Source of the DNA: Candidatus Nomurabacteria bacterium | Lineage (GTDB): Bacteria; Patescibacteriota; Minisyncoccia; Phycocordibacterales; Phycocordibacteraceae | NCBI GenBank assembly: GCA_943353835.1 | Contig: CALRBA010000002.1 | Location: 1 to 62,529 of the forward strand | DNA: 62,529 nucleotides | Direction of reading: 5' to 3' | Part shown: positions 27,264 to 37,023 of the stretch, piece after piece | Layout of the letters: each line of letters starts with the position of its first letter | Position numbering within the stretch: position 1 is the stretch's first letter | Translations under genes and position numbers: made by a program | Notes under the pieces: model-generated | What the model was told of the DNA's origin: nothing | Databases searched by the model: none | The model's input: only the letters and a program-made list of their open reading frames with translations

Positions 27264-28538
27264 TTACGCCTTTCGCTTCCACTCTTTTTCCTGACGGACG
27301 AGAAGTGAAGCGTCGAAAGGATCGGCGAGGAGTGCTTCTACGATGCGTTCTGTGCGGATAGATTGCGAGCCTTTTACTAGAACAACATCGCCTTCTATAA
27401 TTAGATTTGGAATAGCGAGCGCGGCAGAGCTAGCATTATCAAACAACATAACATTCGTACTTCCGTGTGCTGTGGCGAATGCTCTCGCGCGGATGCCTAT
27501 GGCGACGATTATATCGGCGGATTCGCTCGCGAGCGCTCCGATTCGCTCGTGCTCCATTACCGAGTAACGGCCGAGCTCCAGCATATCGCCAAGCACTGCA
27601 ATGCGCCGTTTCGCATGAGGAAACGATTTCAAAGTTGTGAGAGCTTCTTCAACCGCCACAGGCGATGCGTTATAGGAGTCATCAATAATAATAGAGTTAT
27701 TCTTACCGGTGAGCAGACGACCACGGCCCGGTGGCGGTTCATAACTTTTAAGCGCCTTCAATGCTTCATTAAGCGATATATTAAAAGCGCTCGCAGTAGC
27801 GAGCGCGGCCGCAACTGGCAGAATCTGGGTCGTCCCGACAGAGCCTTTCACGACCAAATCTTCTTTTTCTCCGTTTATAACCACACTCGCCTTCATTCCG
27901 ATAACCTTCCCGTCAATTTCATAAAATCCGACATCGTTGATTCTTACCATAGCATCGTCGGTAATGCCGTACGAAATTATACGTGCAGACGTTCTGACTG
28001 CATTATCCAGAGCGTACGGGTCGTCTACAGAGATGATTAGCGGCGCTCCAGTAGAAAGCGAATACGCAGGAAAAAATTCTTCTTCGCGTACGGCCTCCGG
28101 CGTCGCATACGCTTCAACATGTACAGGTATCTCCGGCAAACGCGTAACAACGACTGTATCAGGCGTAGCGATACGCAGTATTCTGAATAGGTCTCCCGGC
28201 TTATCGGCGCCTACTTCCAGCACGAGCATATTTGGATAATGATTCGGCAAAAAAATGAGTGCGAGAGAATTTTTTATAATTGAAACCCACGCGAGAGGAT
28301 TGCACCACGGATTTTTAACTCCAAGAATGGTAAACGGGACTCCGAACTCGCTGTTAAAACTCTTTTCACTCTTACGCACTAAGAAACGTTTTGATAACAC
28401 GGCAGCCACAGCATCTTTAGTAGAAGTCTTACCAACCGAGCCTGTTACCATCACGATGTGCGGTTTATATCTGCGCACAACCGTTCCTGCTATGAAAGCT
28501 AGAACTCCGGCGACAATAATTTTTAATAAGTTTTTCAT
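27264..28538 (-). CDS. murF: UDP-MurNAc-tripeptide:D-Ala-D-Ala ligase
   Basis: Mur ligase P-loop VTGSVGKTSTKD. 424 aa. Adjacent to ftsI. Confidence 0.85.
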   Translation of the reverse strand: MKNLLKIIVAGVLAFIAGTVVRRYKPHIVMVTGSVGKTSTKDAVAAVLSKRFLVRKSEKSFNSEFGVPFTILGVKNPWCNPLAWVSIIKNSLALIFLPNHYPNMLVLEVGADKPGDLFRILRIATPDTVVVTRLPEIPVHVEAYATPEAVREEEFFPAYSLSTGAPLIISVDDPYALDNAVRTSARIISYGITDDAMVRINDVGFYEIDGKVIGMKASVVINGEKEDLVVKGSVGTTQILPVAAALATASAFNISLNEALKALKSYEPPPGRGRLLTGKNNSIIIDDSYNASPVAVEEALTTLKSFPHAKRRIAVLGDMLELGRYSVMEHERIGALASESADIIVAIGIRARAFATAHGSTNVMLFDNASSAALAIPNLIIEGDVVLVKGSQSIRTERIVEALLADPFDASLLVRQEKEWKRKA

Positions 28539-30292
28539 TGTGTGTCTCCGCCGGAGGCGGGCCCGCCTTCTGCGGAAAAGCCACGATCCGGAGGTATTGC
28601 GTAATAATCAATGAGAAAATGAACTAGGTCAAGAAATGTGGCGTCAAGGGTTTCTGACGCATACTGTACTCCCTTCGGGTCGTTCGTATAGAGCAGGATG
28701 ATAAAACGCGGATTGTATGACGGGAAGAATCCTACAAACGAATGGAAAAAACGATCGTCATAATAACCTCCATTAGGCTTGGTTAGTTGCGCCGTGCCTG
28801 TCTTAACAGCGACTGACATTGTAGGAATCTTGGCTTTGCCGTTATACAAAATCTCGTCATTCAGCGCATTCATCATTGCAATAGTCTCGTGTGTAGATGT
28901 AGCTGAAAACACTAGAATTTTTTTCCCCAAATCCAGCTTGCGCTCTATGCCTGAATTAAGGCGTATGGCGTTTACCAGATGAGGCTGTACCATTATGCCG
29001 TCATTCGCGACGGCCCCAAGAGCTCGAATCATCTGCATTGGCGTTACGGCGATTCCTTGTCCGAATGCGGCGGTGTCATAGCCGATTTGCTGAGGCTTAC
29101 TAAGATTGCCTAGCAGAGCGCCGGTCTCGTTCGGCAAGTCCACGCCGGTTTTTTCTCCGAAAAGCTTAGTGAAATATGAGCGAAACTTGTCCTGCCCAAG
29201 CTGGTCTGCAATCCATGAAGCACCTAGATTGAGAGATTGCATAATAACCTGCCGCATCGGGATTACACCGCGTGCCTTCGCATCCCAGTTGCAGATTTTA
29301 GCCGTATTGACTGTAATGCATCCCGTATCGTTATATGTAGTCTCCGGAGTTATAACGCCAGCATCAAGCGCCGCCGTCATGGTAATCGGCTTCATAATTG
29401 AACCAAATTCATATACGTGTTCAACGAAATGGTTACCAAGCAGTGTCGGATTAACGCTTTGTAGATTGTTTCCGTCATATGTCGGGTGGCTCGCAATCGC
29501 AATAATCGCTCCGGTAGAAGGGTCCATGATGATTCCCCCGGACTCTTTACTGTCGTAACGCTGGTTTAGTTTCGCAATATTACTGGCGAGACGAGTCTGC
29601 ACCTCTGGCTCAATCGTCGTAATGATGTCGCCTTCGCGTGCGTCCTTCGCATTCACCAAAAGATTTCCGACATTAGAAAAAAGTTCCGCGAAAAAATTCC
29701 TGTAGAGCGAGTCGCCAGGACGCGAGAGTGTACTTTCGTATATAGCTTCAAGTCCGGTACGGCCGGCTAACGTGTCGCCGGAACCATAAGAAACGATACC
29801 TATAGACTGTGCAGCGAGCTCTCCGCCTGGATACTGCCGCCAGCGCTCGCGAAACACTTGTACTCCGGGAATCTTTTTTTTAGAAAGAGCCTGTCCGTTC
29901 TCTTCAGAGAGACGACGTGCGACCTCTATATACACACGTGTCTTTTTATTGGTTGCGGCAAGAAATGCTTCGCGTGAGATTGTTGAAGAAGCAGTTGACG
30001 ATATGGCGTTATATGCGAGTTCTGGGTCGGAGAGTATCTGCGGATTTATCGCAACAAGAAAACCCGTGGATAGCGTTGCTGCTGATATAAGAGTACCGTC
30101 CTTACGCGTGAAGTAGATGGAACCACGATCAAAGAGTCCGCCGCTGTTGGCAGAAAACTGCCTGTCGGCCTTAAGCGAATACTCTTCTCCGTTTACAATC
30201 TGAACGAAATAGAGACGTAATATGATGCCGAATGCGACAATAATTAGAAAAGCCAGAATGAGCCTGATGCGTGATCTAAATTGTGCGCGCAT
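28535..30292 (-). CDS. ftsI: Penicillin-binding protein, class B transpeptidase (FtsI-like)
   Basis: N-terminal TM anchor, SxxK (GSIMKP) and KTG (VKTGTAQ). Sits in the dcw cluster after ftsL. Confidence 0.85.
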   Translation of the reverse strand: MRAQFRSRIRLILAFLIIVAFGIILRLYFVQIVNGEEYSLKADRQFSANSGGLFDRGSIYFTRKDGTLISAATLSTGFLVAINPQILSDPELAYNAISSTASSTISREAFLAATNKKTRVYIEVARRLSEENGQALSKKKIPGVQVFRERWRQYPGGELAAQSIGIVSYGSGDTLAGRTGLEAIYESTLSRPGDSLYRNFFAELFSNVGNLLVNAKDAREGDIITTIEPEVQTRLASNIAKLNQRYDSKESGGIIMDPSTGAIIAIASHPTYDGNNLQSVNPTLLGNHFVEHVYEFGSIMKPITMTAALDAGVITPETTYNDTGCITVNTAKICNWDAKARGVIPMRQVIMQSLNLGASWIADQLGQDKFRSYFTKLFGEKTGVDLPNETGALLGNLSKPQQIGYDTAAFGQGIAVTPMQMIRALGAVANDGIMVQPHLVNAIRLNSGIERKLDLGKKILVFSATSTHETIAMMNALNDEILYNGKAKIPTMSVAVKTGTAQLTKPNGGYYDDRFFHSFVGFFPSYNPRFIILLYTNDPKGVQYASETLDATFLDLVHFLIDYYAIPPDRGFSAEGGPASGGDTQ

Positions 30293-30297
30293 GATGC

Positions 30298-30591
30298 TTA
30301 GCGCAGTGCTGTCACATTCTTAGTCTGCACAAACATCGTAGTATAGGGACGAACGTAGCCTTCAGCGCTATAGTCGGTCGTGGTTGTACGCGATACGTTA
30401 TAAAGATACTTTCCCTCAAGAACGGCTACTTCCGCCCCATCATTTCTGACGGATTGTGAAAATTCAATTGTAAGAGCCGCATAGCTCATAACGGTCGCGA
30501 TAAGACCGATATAAATAACAAATAACAGCGCAACGACACCGATACAGAATCTCACAGGAGAAAACGGGAAATGTAAACGAAGTTTATGCAT
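30298..30591 (-). CDS. Small bitopic membrane protein, FtsL-like by position
   Basis: 97 aa with a single TM helix, between rsmH and ftsI. Confidence 0.45.
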   Translation of the reverse strand: MHKLRLHFPFSPVRFCIGVVALLFVIYIGLIATVMSYAALTIEFSQSVRNDGAEVAVLEGKYLYNVSRTTTTDYSAEGYVRPYTTMFVQTKNVTALR

Positions 30592-31531
30592 AGGAGAGAG
30601 TGTGCGTATCGGAACCTACTTGTTCTGCGTGAACTGCCGACCGTTCAAAAACACGTAGTTTAGCACTCCGAGCCCTGCGATTCACCAGAATTTCAGCTCG
30701 TGTTGGAGCAATCGGCTTCTTCGGCGACATAGCCCCAAGACCGTTGCTTGCCGCATCGCGTAACATGTTTTTAACAATGCGGTCCTCAATGCTATGGAAC
30801 GAGATAATAGCGAGTCTCCCGCTCGGAGCTAGAGCGTCAAGAGCGGAAAAAATTCCTTCGCGCAGTGCGCCGATTTCATCGTTGACAGCAATACGAAGCG
30901 CCTGAAATGTTTTTGTCGCCGGATGAATTTTCCCTTCGTGATACCTCTTCGGCGTACCGAGATAAATGGCGGAGACGAGCGAGGATGTCGTGAGGATGCG
31001 TTCTTTTGAACGCGCCTTAACAATCGCGCGCGCGATACTGCGCGCGAAACGCTCCTCGCCGTACGTGAAGATAATATCGGCAAGAATAGTCTCTGAAGAA
31101 CTGTTAACGATATCGGCGGCCGTCTCTCCCCCTTCTCCATACTCCATGAGAAGCGGCTCGTCATTCTGAAACGAAAATCCGCGCGGAGCAGAAATCTGGA
31201 ATCCGCTCCAGCCAAGGTCAAAAAGTATTGCATCTGCTTCTCCGACACCGAGCCTCTCCAATATGCGCCCGAGATTGCGGAAATTATCGTTCACAAGGTG
31301 GGCGATTGGTCGTTCAGGTCGACGGTCCTGTGCGTACGCTTCGCGCCCGCGCTCAACCGCCGAAGCATCGGCATCAATACCGATAATCGTGCCTCCTTCA
31401 CCGAGCTCCGCGAGAAGCGCCTTGAAATGGCCTGCCCCGCCCAAGGTCGCATCAACAACGGTATCGCTTGGCTGTACGGTAAGAGCCTTTATAACTTCAT
31501 TCATCAATACGCTGTCGTGTCTGGATTCCAT
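30584..31531 (-). CDS. rsmH: 16S rRNA (cytosine1402-N4)-methyltransferase
   Basis: DATLGGAGH SAM motif and DLGWSGFQ. Start set at MESRHDSVLMNEV (ATG 31531), directly after the mraZ stop. Confidence 0.9.
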   Translation of the reverse strand: MESRHDSVLMNEVIKALTVQPSDTVVDATLGGAGHFKALLAELGEGGTIIGIDADASAVERGREAYAQDRRPERPIAHLVNDNFRNLGRILERLGVGEADAILFDLGWSGFQISAPRGFSFQNDEPLLMEYGEGGETAADIVNSSSETILADIIFTYGEERFARSIARAIVKARSKERILTTSSLVSAIYLGTPKRYHEGKIHPATKTFQALRIAVNDEIGALREGIFSALDALAPSGRLAIISFHSIEDRIVKNMLRDAASNGLGAMSPKKPIAPTRAEILVNRRARSAKLRVFERSAVHAEQVGSDTHTLSYA

Positions 31532-31532
31532 A

Positions 31533-31961
31533 TCAATTTCTGTTGTCAACTTTTTCAGCGAACGCATCAGCATCTCGTTCAATATCGGCCGTGTACTTCT
31601 TCCACGCGTTCTCCTCCCAGATTTCAACTCTGTCTGCAACACCAGCGATAACTGCTTTCTCCTTAATAGACGCGAAGGATTTCAGATTTTCAGGAATTAG
31701 AACACGGCCTGAGCCGTCAACATCAGCGAGAAATGAGCCGGCGAGAAAAAGTCTAGCAAGGCCTCGCCTTGCTGAACTCCCGTTCACTGCAGTTGCGTGC
31801 ACCTGCGCCTCACGCTCCCACGCTTTACGCGAATAGACGTAGAGACAATGATCAAGGCCGCGAGTCACGACGACTACACGGCCTAAATCCTTCCGGAACT
31901 TTGAGGGGACCGAAATGCGATTCTTCGTATCAAATGTGTGAAAGTATTCTCCGAGGAACAT
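31533..31961 (-). CDS. mraZ: Transcriptional regulator MraZ
   Basis: Two SpoVT/AbrB-like repeats (FDTKNRISVPSKFR and DGSGRVLIPENLK). Internal ATG gives 142 aa. Confidence 0.9.
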   Translation of the reverse strand: MFLGEYFHTFDTKNRISVPSKFRKDLGRVVVVTRGLDHCLYVYSRKAWEREAQVHATAVNGSSARRGLARLFLAGSFLADVDGSGRVLIPENLKSFASIKEKAVIAGVADRVEIWEENAWKKYTADIERDADAFAEKVDNRN

Positions 31962-32025
31962 AATCAGATGGTCGCCAGGGGGAAACGGCCATGACTCCGC
32001 TTCCCACTTCACTAACCATTTCAGC

Positions 32026-32055
32026 ATTATATCCCACTACTCCCCACTACCCTAC
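32026..32055 (-). promoter_or_regulatory. mraZ promoter -10 (TATAAT) with overlapping GTAGTGGG direct repeats (candidate MraZ operator)
   Basis: Minus strand reads GTAGGGTAGTGGGGAGTAGTGGGATATAAT. Two exact GTAGTGGG units lie 10 bp apart immediately upstream of TATAAT. Confidence 0.6.
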
Positions 32056-32075
32056 AAATAGTTATCCCCATATGC

Positions 32076-32100
32076 AAAACTGGCACGCCAGAAGCGCGCC
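32076..32100 (-). terminator. Possible intrinsic terminator about 200 nt downstream of lysS
   Basis: Minus strand: GGCGCGC-UUCUG-GCGUGCC (one G-U pair) followed by AGUUUUGC. Confidence 0.45.
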
Positions 32101-32297
32101 GATTGCGCTATATCCTTGCTATTTATTCAGAAATCGTCGTGCCAGTCCACATAAAGGACTATTTTCTCGGAAATAATAAAGCCAGCGAATCGAGTTTCGC
32201 GATAATCATATCTAACTTCATTTCAATTCTGTGTCTTATTTCTAGAATCCCATCCAATCTAGATTTAATGTCTCTTGTACGCATATTGTTTGTCACA

Positions 32298-33764
32298 CTA
32301 TCGCGGGCGCAGGAGCGGGAAAATCTGGGCCTCGCGGATGGAGACTCCTTCAAAGAAACTGAAGAGACGCTCGGAAATGCCAAAACCAAATGCAGGAGGC
32401 ATGCCGTATTCAAGCGCTTCAACGAATTCGTGGTCGAACATCTGTGCCTCTTCGTCGCCGGCATCGCGCAACGCCTGCTGATGTTTAAATCTTTGTTCTT
32501 GATCAATTGGATCATTTAATTCGCTGAAGCCCTTGCCCATTTCAGAACCGCCTAAAATAACCTGAAAGCGTTCCACGACACGCGGATCCACGCTACTCTT
32601 TTTCGCGAGAGGTTCCATAGAGACCGGCACATTGATGAGAAAGCCGGGACCACCGAGAGTCTTACGTATCTGCTTCCACATTGTGTCCATTCCACGCTCT
32701 AGATTAAATCCTTTTTGTTCATACTGTATGCCTTTATTTTCAAGCACTTTTTGCACTTCGTCTGCAGAGGTCGTGAGAGGATCAATGCCAAATTCTTTTT
32801 TGGTTAGCTCGCAGAAGTCGTATCGCTTCCAGTCTGCACCTAGGTCAATAGTGAAATCTTTTATTTTAAAAACTCGTGTTCCATATACTTTATCTGCAAC
32901 AGTACGGTACAGATTTGTAACCATCTCCATTCCCGCTTCGTAATCTTTAAATGCTTCGTAAAATTCAATCTGCGTGTAGTCCTGCGCGTGTTCGTACGAC
33001 ATTCCCTCATTGCGGAATATCCGGCCAATCTCAAACACCTTCGGCAGACCGGCGACCAGAAGACGCTTCTGCCACAACTCCCCGGCCGAGATGCGCAGAT
33101 ACACGTCCATATCAAGCGCGTTGTGATGAGTGATGAATGGGCGCGCATCTGCTCCACCTGTCGTGGTCTCCAGCACGGGCGTCTCTACTTCAATAAAATC
33201 TCTCTCTAATAGAAACTGTCGGAAAGTATTCCAGAAAACAGAGCGCCGTCTGATTCTATCTGCCAAATCTTTTGTAAGCAGAATATCCAGATAACGTTTA
33301 CGGAATCTTTCATCTTCGTCCTTGATGCCGAACCACTGGTCTGGAACGGGAGAGAGCGACTTTGCGAGCATATGCCACTTGTTACCTAGCATGGATGGCA
33401 TTCCACGCTTCGTCGTGAAGGCGACACCGCCAACTTCAATAATGTCGCCCGTGTCTACGAGAAGCAAAAAATTATCAAAGAGTCCTTCTGCGAGATTTTC
33501 TTTTTTGAAATAAACCTGTGCCTTCACCGAGCCGTCAAAGATGTCTACAAAGAGTGAGCCGCCGTGCTCGCGTATGGACATCACTCGCCCAGCCAAAATC
33601 ACTTCTTCACTATTTTTTAGAAGTGTCTCGTGATTCTCAAGAAACTGGTCAACAGTGTGTGTGCGATCTGTGCGAGCTGGATACGCCTCCATTCCTGCTT
33701 CTTTCAGACGTTCTGTCTTCGCGAGCCTCTCGGCGCGCACGGTTTCTATAAGTGCCATACGCAC
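32298..33764 (-). CDS. lysS: Lysyl-tRNA synthetase (class II)
   Basis: 488 aa. OB-fold N-domain and class II core with IFRNEGMSYEH. Confidence 0.9.
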   Translation of the reverse strand: MRMALIETVRAERLAKTERLKEAGMEAYPARTDRTHTVDQFLENHETLLKNSEEVILAGRVMSIREHGGSLFVDIFDGSVKAQVYFKKENLAEGLFDNFLLLVDTGDIIEVGGVAFTTKRGMPSMLGNKWHMLAKSLSPVPDQWFGIKDEDERFRKRYLDILLTKDLADRIRRRSVFWNTFRQFLLERDFIEVETPVLETTTGGADARPFITHHNALDMDVYLRISAGELWQKRLLVAGLPKVFEIGRIFRNEGMSYEHAQDYTQIEFYEAFKDYEAGMEMVTNLYRTVADKVYGTRVFKIKDFTIDLGADWKRYDFCELTKKEFGIDPLTTSADEVQKVLENKGIQYEQKGFNLERGMDTMWKQIRKTLGGPGFLINVPVSMEPLAKKSSVDPRVVERFQVILGGSEMGKGFSELNDPIDQEQRFKHQQALRDAGDEEAQMFDHEFVEALEYGMPPAFGFGISERLFSFFEGVSIREAQIFPLLRPR

Positions 33765-33783
33765 TACTATACCACCTGCTTCG

Positions 33784-34257
33784 CTAAGCTACTTTCTCTA
33801 TGGTATATGTATGCTTGCCTGCCGGAGTTTCAAACGTGAAGACGTCCCCCTTCTTCTTACCCATCAGGGCGCCGCCGAGTGGAGACATATGCGAGAGTTT
33901 CTTGACCCTCATATCGGCCTCTTCGCTACCGACAATCGTGTATTCGTGCAAGTCCTCACTCCCTTCTTTCTTAATAGAAACTTTAGAGTTGAAACCGACC
34001 TCACTCTTCTTCTTTCCGTCAGTGAGAATCTTCGTGTACTTCACCAATTCTTCAAGCTTCTTGATGCGTTCCTCTGTAGCAGCCTGCAGATCGCGCGCCT
34101 CCTGATACTCAGCGTTCTCCGAGAGGTCTCCGAGCGAGCGGGCGTACTCCAGATTCTTGGCAATCTCGGTACGACGCACCGTCTTCAGGTGCTCAAGCTC
34201 CTTAACCATCTCGTCAAACTTTTCTTGCGAGACGACGCTCTCGTGTATATCACTCAT
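33784..34257 (-). CDS. greA: Transcription elongation factor GreA
   Basis: Coiled-coil N-domain with GDLSENAEYQEARD. 157 aa from the internal ATG. Confidence 0.9.
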   Translation of the reverse strand: MSDIHESVVSQEKFDEMVKELEHLKTVRRTEIAKNLEYARSLGDLSENAEYQEARDLQAATEERIKKLEELVKYTKILTDGKKKSEVGFNSKVSIKKEGSEDLHEYTIVGSEEADMRVKKLSHMSPLGGALMGKKKGDVFTFETPAGKHTYTIEKVA

Positions 34258-34286
34258 AGTAGTGAAGGCATTGTACGCGAGCATAG

Positions 34287-35981
34287 CTATTGCGCAATAG
34301 TGTTTGTTATCGCAGAGCCACCGACGTATGGGGAGTTGGCGGCGTACAGAGAGTCAAAGAGTTCGCGCATAACGTTCACAGCCTGCGAGCCGGAACCTTG
34401 AGGACCTCTTTCAAGCACAACGGTGAACGCGTATTGCGGATTCTCGTACGGGAAAAATCCAATCACCCACGAATTGCCGTATTGATTACGCGTTCCAGTC
34501 TGCGCGGTGCCGGTCTTGGCGGCTACTGTTACATACGGCAGATTAAGAGCTCCTGCCAATGCTCTCGTAACTGTTCGGCGCATGCCCTCTCGAACTACAG
34601 TAAGTGAAGAGTCAGAGACCGGAACTGTCGTATACATCGGCTCCTTATCTAATAGAAGAGTCGGAGTAAAGAGCTTTCCTCCGTTCGCTATCACGGCTAC
34701 AGCCTTAACCATCTGTATCGGCGTCACCCGCATTGAATATTGTCCGATTGCCGTGAAATAGGTGTCGCCGAGATACCAAGGTTCGTTGAATGCTTCTCTC
34801 TTCCACTTCGGAGTTGGGAGTAAACCGTTTGATTCCCCCGGCAGATCTATGCCTGTTATGCTTCCAAGTCCGAACTGCTGATACCAATAGTTGAGGCGGT
34901 CTATGCCAAGACCTTTTTGATTTCCAAATCCACCGCCAACGGTATAGAAAAATATGTTAGATGACCACGCCAGAGCGTCTCTCACATCGAGAGGACCGAG
35001 CTTTTTCCATCCTTTAAATATAAAAAATTTGCCGGGATTGTACGGGTCCGGCAGAGAAATAAATCCAGGGTCATCAATAATGGTAGATGGAGTGATGAGC
35101 TCGTCCGTGAGCGCTCCGGAAGCGATAAACGGCTTTACGATAGAACCCGGAGCATATACTCCGCTCACAGTGTGGTCCAGGAACGGACGTCCGGGGTTTG
35201 ACGTGTATGAAGCAATAATTTCCGGCGAACCACCGTTTGACATTACATTCGGGTCATAACTCGGATATGAGACGATGGCGCGCACGGCGCCCGTGTCCAC
35301 AGACATTATGACTCCAGCGCCTGCGATGAATCCGTGCCTTATCACGATATTGGATATTGCACGTGCGAAAAGCCGTTCCAAATTCACATCTATTGACAGA
35401 CGCAACGTTTGTCCCGCTTCTGCCTTTACTATTGTTCCTTCAGAGCGGACTTTTCCGAATGCATCCGTTTCAGTTAATAATTGACCGTTTGAACCGGAGA
35501 GATGTGCGTCGTACTCGGCTTCTAAGCCTGCGATGCCTGTCTCTGTCGTATCGTAATAAATTCCTTTTGAATCTTTCTTCGGATACGAGACATAGCCGAT
35601 AACCTGCCCGAGAGACGGTAGTAGATAATTGCGCTTCACACTACCGTCTTCCATTATCGTGTTCTCTACAAGCACGGTACCGTTAACGTCCGTGATGATT
35701 CCGCGAAGAGCAAAAATTGTTTTTGATTCAAGACTGTTGCTCTTGCTTTCAACTGCGAACGCTTCGCCGTTAGTGATTTGAAGATTCCAAGTTCTGGTTA
35801 TCAGAATAAAAAACAAAAGAATGAGCACAGCCGTAAGGTAGAAGAAAGTCCCTTGTGAAAGCGGTTTTTCCAGCCGTCCTTCAAAGCGCGCTCTGTCAAA
35901 CGCGGGTGCGTTTGACGCATCAAGAAATATTTCATCCGGTTCAATTTCCGTATTCTGATATTGCCTGCGCCACCATTTCAT
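34287..35981 (-). CDS. mrdA: Penicillin-binding protein 2 (elongasome transpeptidase)
   Basis: TM anchor, GSIVKP (SxxK) and AKTGTAQ (KTG). Directly downstream of mreBCD. Confidence 0.85.
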   Translation of the reverse strand: MKWWRRQYQNTEIEPDEIFLDASNAPAFDRARFEGRLEKPLSQGTFFYLTAVLILLFFILITRTWNLQITNGEAFAVESKSNSLESKTIFALRGIITDVNGTVLVENTIMEDGSVKRNYLLPSLGQVIGYVSYPKKDSKGIYYDTTETGIAGLEAEYDAHLSGSNGQLLTETDAFGKVRSEGTIVKAEAGQTLRLSIDVNLERLFARAISNIVIRHGFIAGAGVIMSVDTGAVRAIVSYPSYDPNVMSNGGSPEIIASYTSNPGRPFLDHTVSGVYAPGSIVKPFIASGALTDELITPSTIIDDPGFISLPDPYNPGKFFIFKGWKKLGPLDVRDALAWSSNIFFYTVGGGFGNQKGLGIDRLNYWYQQFGLGSITGIDLPGESNGLLPTPKWKREAFNEPWYLGDTYFTAIGQYSMRVTPIQMVKAVAVIANGGKLFTPTLLLDKEPMYTTVPVSDSSLTVVREGMRRTVTRALAGALNLPYVTVAAKTGTAQTGTRNQYGNSWVIGFFPYENPQYAFTVVLERGPQGSGSQAVNVMRELFDSLYAANSPYVGGSAITNTIAQ

Positions 35982-36232
35982 TCTCCGATAATACCCGTCT
36001 TTAGCCTGCTACGCACTAAGAAAGCCACCGCGGTTAAGAGAGCTCCGTAGAACGTAAAAACAGGCAGACCGCCAGATAGAGGAACGTAATAAAGAGTGTC
36101 GGCGAACAGACCAATAGAGAGAGCTACTAGAGGTTCAAAGATAGAGGCACCAAGTGTGAGAAGAATCGTAAGAGGCCAAGGAAAAAACACTGTAGAAATA
36201 AAAGAAATTATAGTTAAAATTCCTCGCATCAT
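35978..36232 (-). CDS. mreD: Rod shape-determining protein MreD-like
   Basis: Small polytopic membrane protein after mreC. The ATG overlaps the mreC TGA (ATGA). Confidence 0.55.
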   Translation of the reverse strand: MMRGILTIISFISTVFFPWPLTILLTLGASIFEPLVALSIGLFADTLYYVPLSGGLPVFTFYGALLTAVAFLVRSRLKTGIIGE

Positions 36233-37023
36233 GGCAGAGATATACCCGTATCGCGGATAACTACCCACGCAACCGAGAAGAGATTCAGTGCAGGCATAAT
36301 TCTTAGGGTTACTGACGGTGATGATGCGTCGCTGTCTACACGAACGACTCTGCCTATTGGGAGCATTCCCGGGCCAGGTGCGTACACAATGTCTCCTATA
36401 GAAATTTCTGCGGAACGCGGAACAGAAGCGTCCATAACGCCTGCTCCGGCGCCGTTGATTGTTATGGGAATGCTTGCATTCCCGACCCAGCCGTTCGTGG
36501 ACATTCTAGGAGCAGAGAACAGAGTCGCGCGAGAGAAGTTTTCATACACTGCGGAAATGATTCCTAGTGGTACATTGCCGATGCCGAATACTTTCATACC
36601 GAGCACAATACCGTCCGCGCTTCCTGCAGATAGAGCAAGCGTATCATAAGCGCTCTCCGGCGGACGAGCTACCACTCCGGCTATAATTCCCGTATCGTAT
36701 GGCACGAGTCCGGACAGGTTTTCTATTTTTTTAATTAAAATCCGGTTCTCATTCGCGAGCGCGGTATTTTCACTTATCAGCTTTTCATTTTGAAACGCCA
36801 GTTTCGCAGTGTTGCCGAAACTGTTAAAGAATAAATAGCTCGTCTCTGAAAGTGAATCAGATGCGCGAAATATTGGCGTAAATACAGTCCAAAAAAGATT
36901 CGGTGCAACTAGACGTACAAGAAGCAGAAAGATAGAAAATATAAGAGCAAACGCACCCCACGAAAAGTTCGTGGGGGACAAGAGCGCGTTACGCCTAATT
37001 AAGTATGTCTTCTTCATCAACAA
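36229..37023 (-). CDS. mreC: Rod shape-determining protein MreC
   Basis: N-terminal TM helix, short coiled coil and beta-rich C-terminal domain. Sits between mreB and mreD. Its 5' end overlaps the mreB 3' end by about 20-29 nt. Confidence 0.7.
   Translation of the reverse strand: MLMKKTYLIRRNALLSPTNFSWGAFALIFSIFLLLVRLVAPNLFWTVFTPIFRASDSLSETSYLFFNSFGNTAKLAFQNEKLISENTALANENRILIKKIENLSGLVPYDTGIIAGVVARPPESAYDTLALSAGSADGIVLGMKVFGIGNVPLGIISAVYENFSRATLFSAPRMSTNGWVGNASIPITINGAGAGVMDASVPRSAEISIGDIVYAPGPGMLPIGRVVRVDSDASSPSVTLRIMPALNLFSVAWVVIRDTGISLP

Noticed and set aside
32103-32519. 138-aa (+) and 118-aa (-) ORFs spanning the lysS 3' end and the downstream spacer
   Set aside because: They overlap lysS out of frame. 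Only the last 41 codons of the minus-strand ORF lie in non-coding DNA, and these are reported separately as a low-confidence sORF.
33655-34401. 248-aa plus-strand ORF
   Set aside because: It is entirely antisense to lysS, greA and mrdA, which have strong family motifs.
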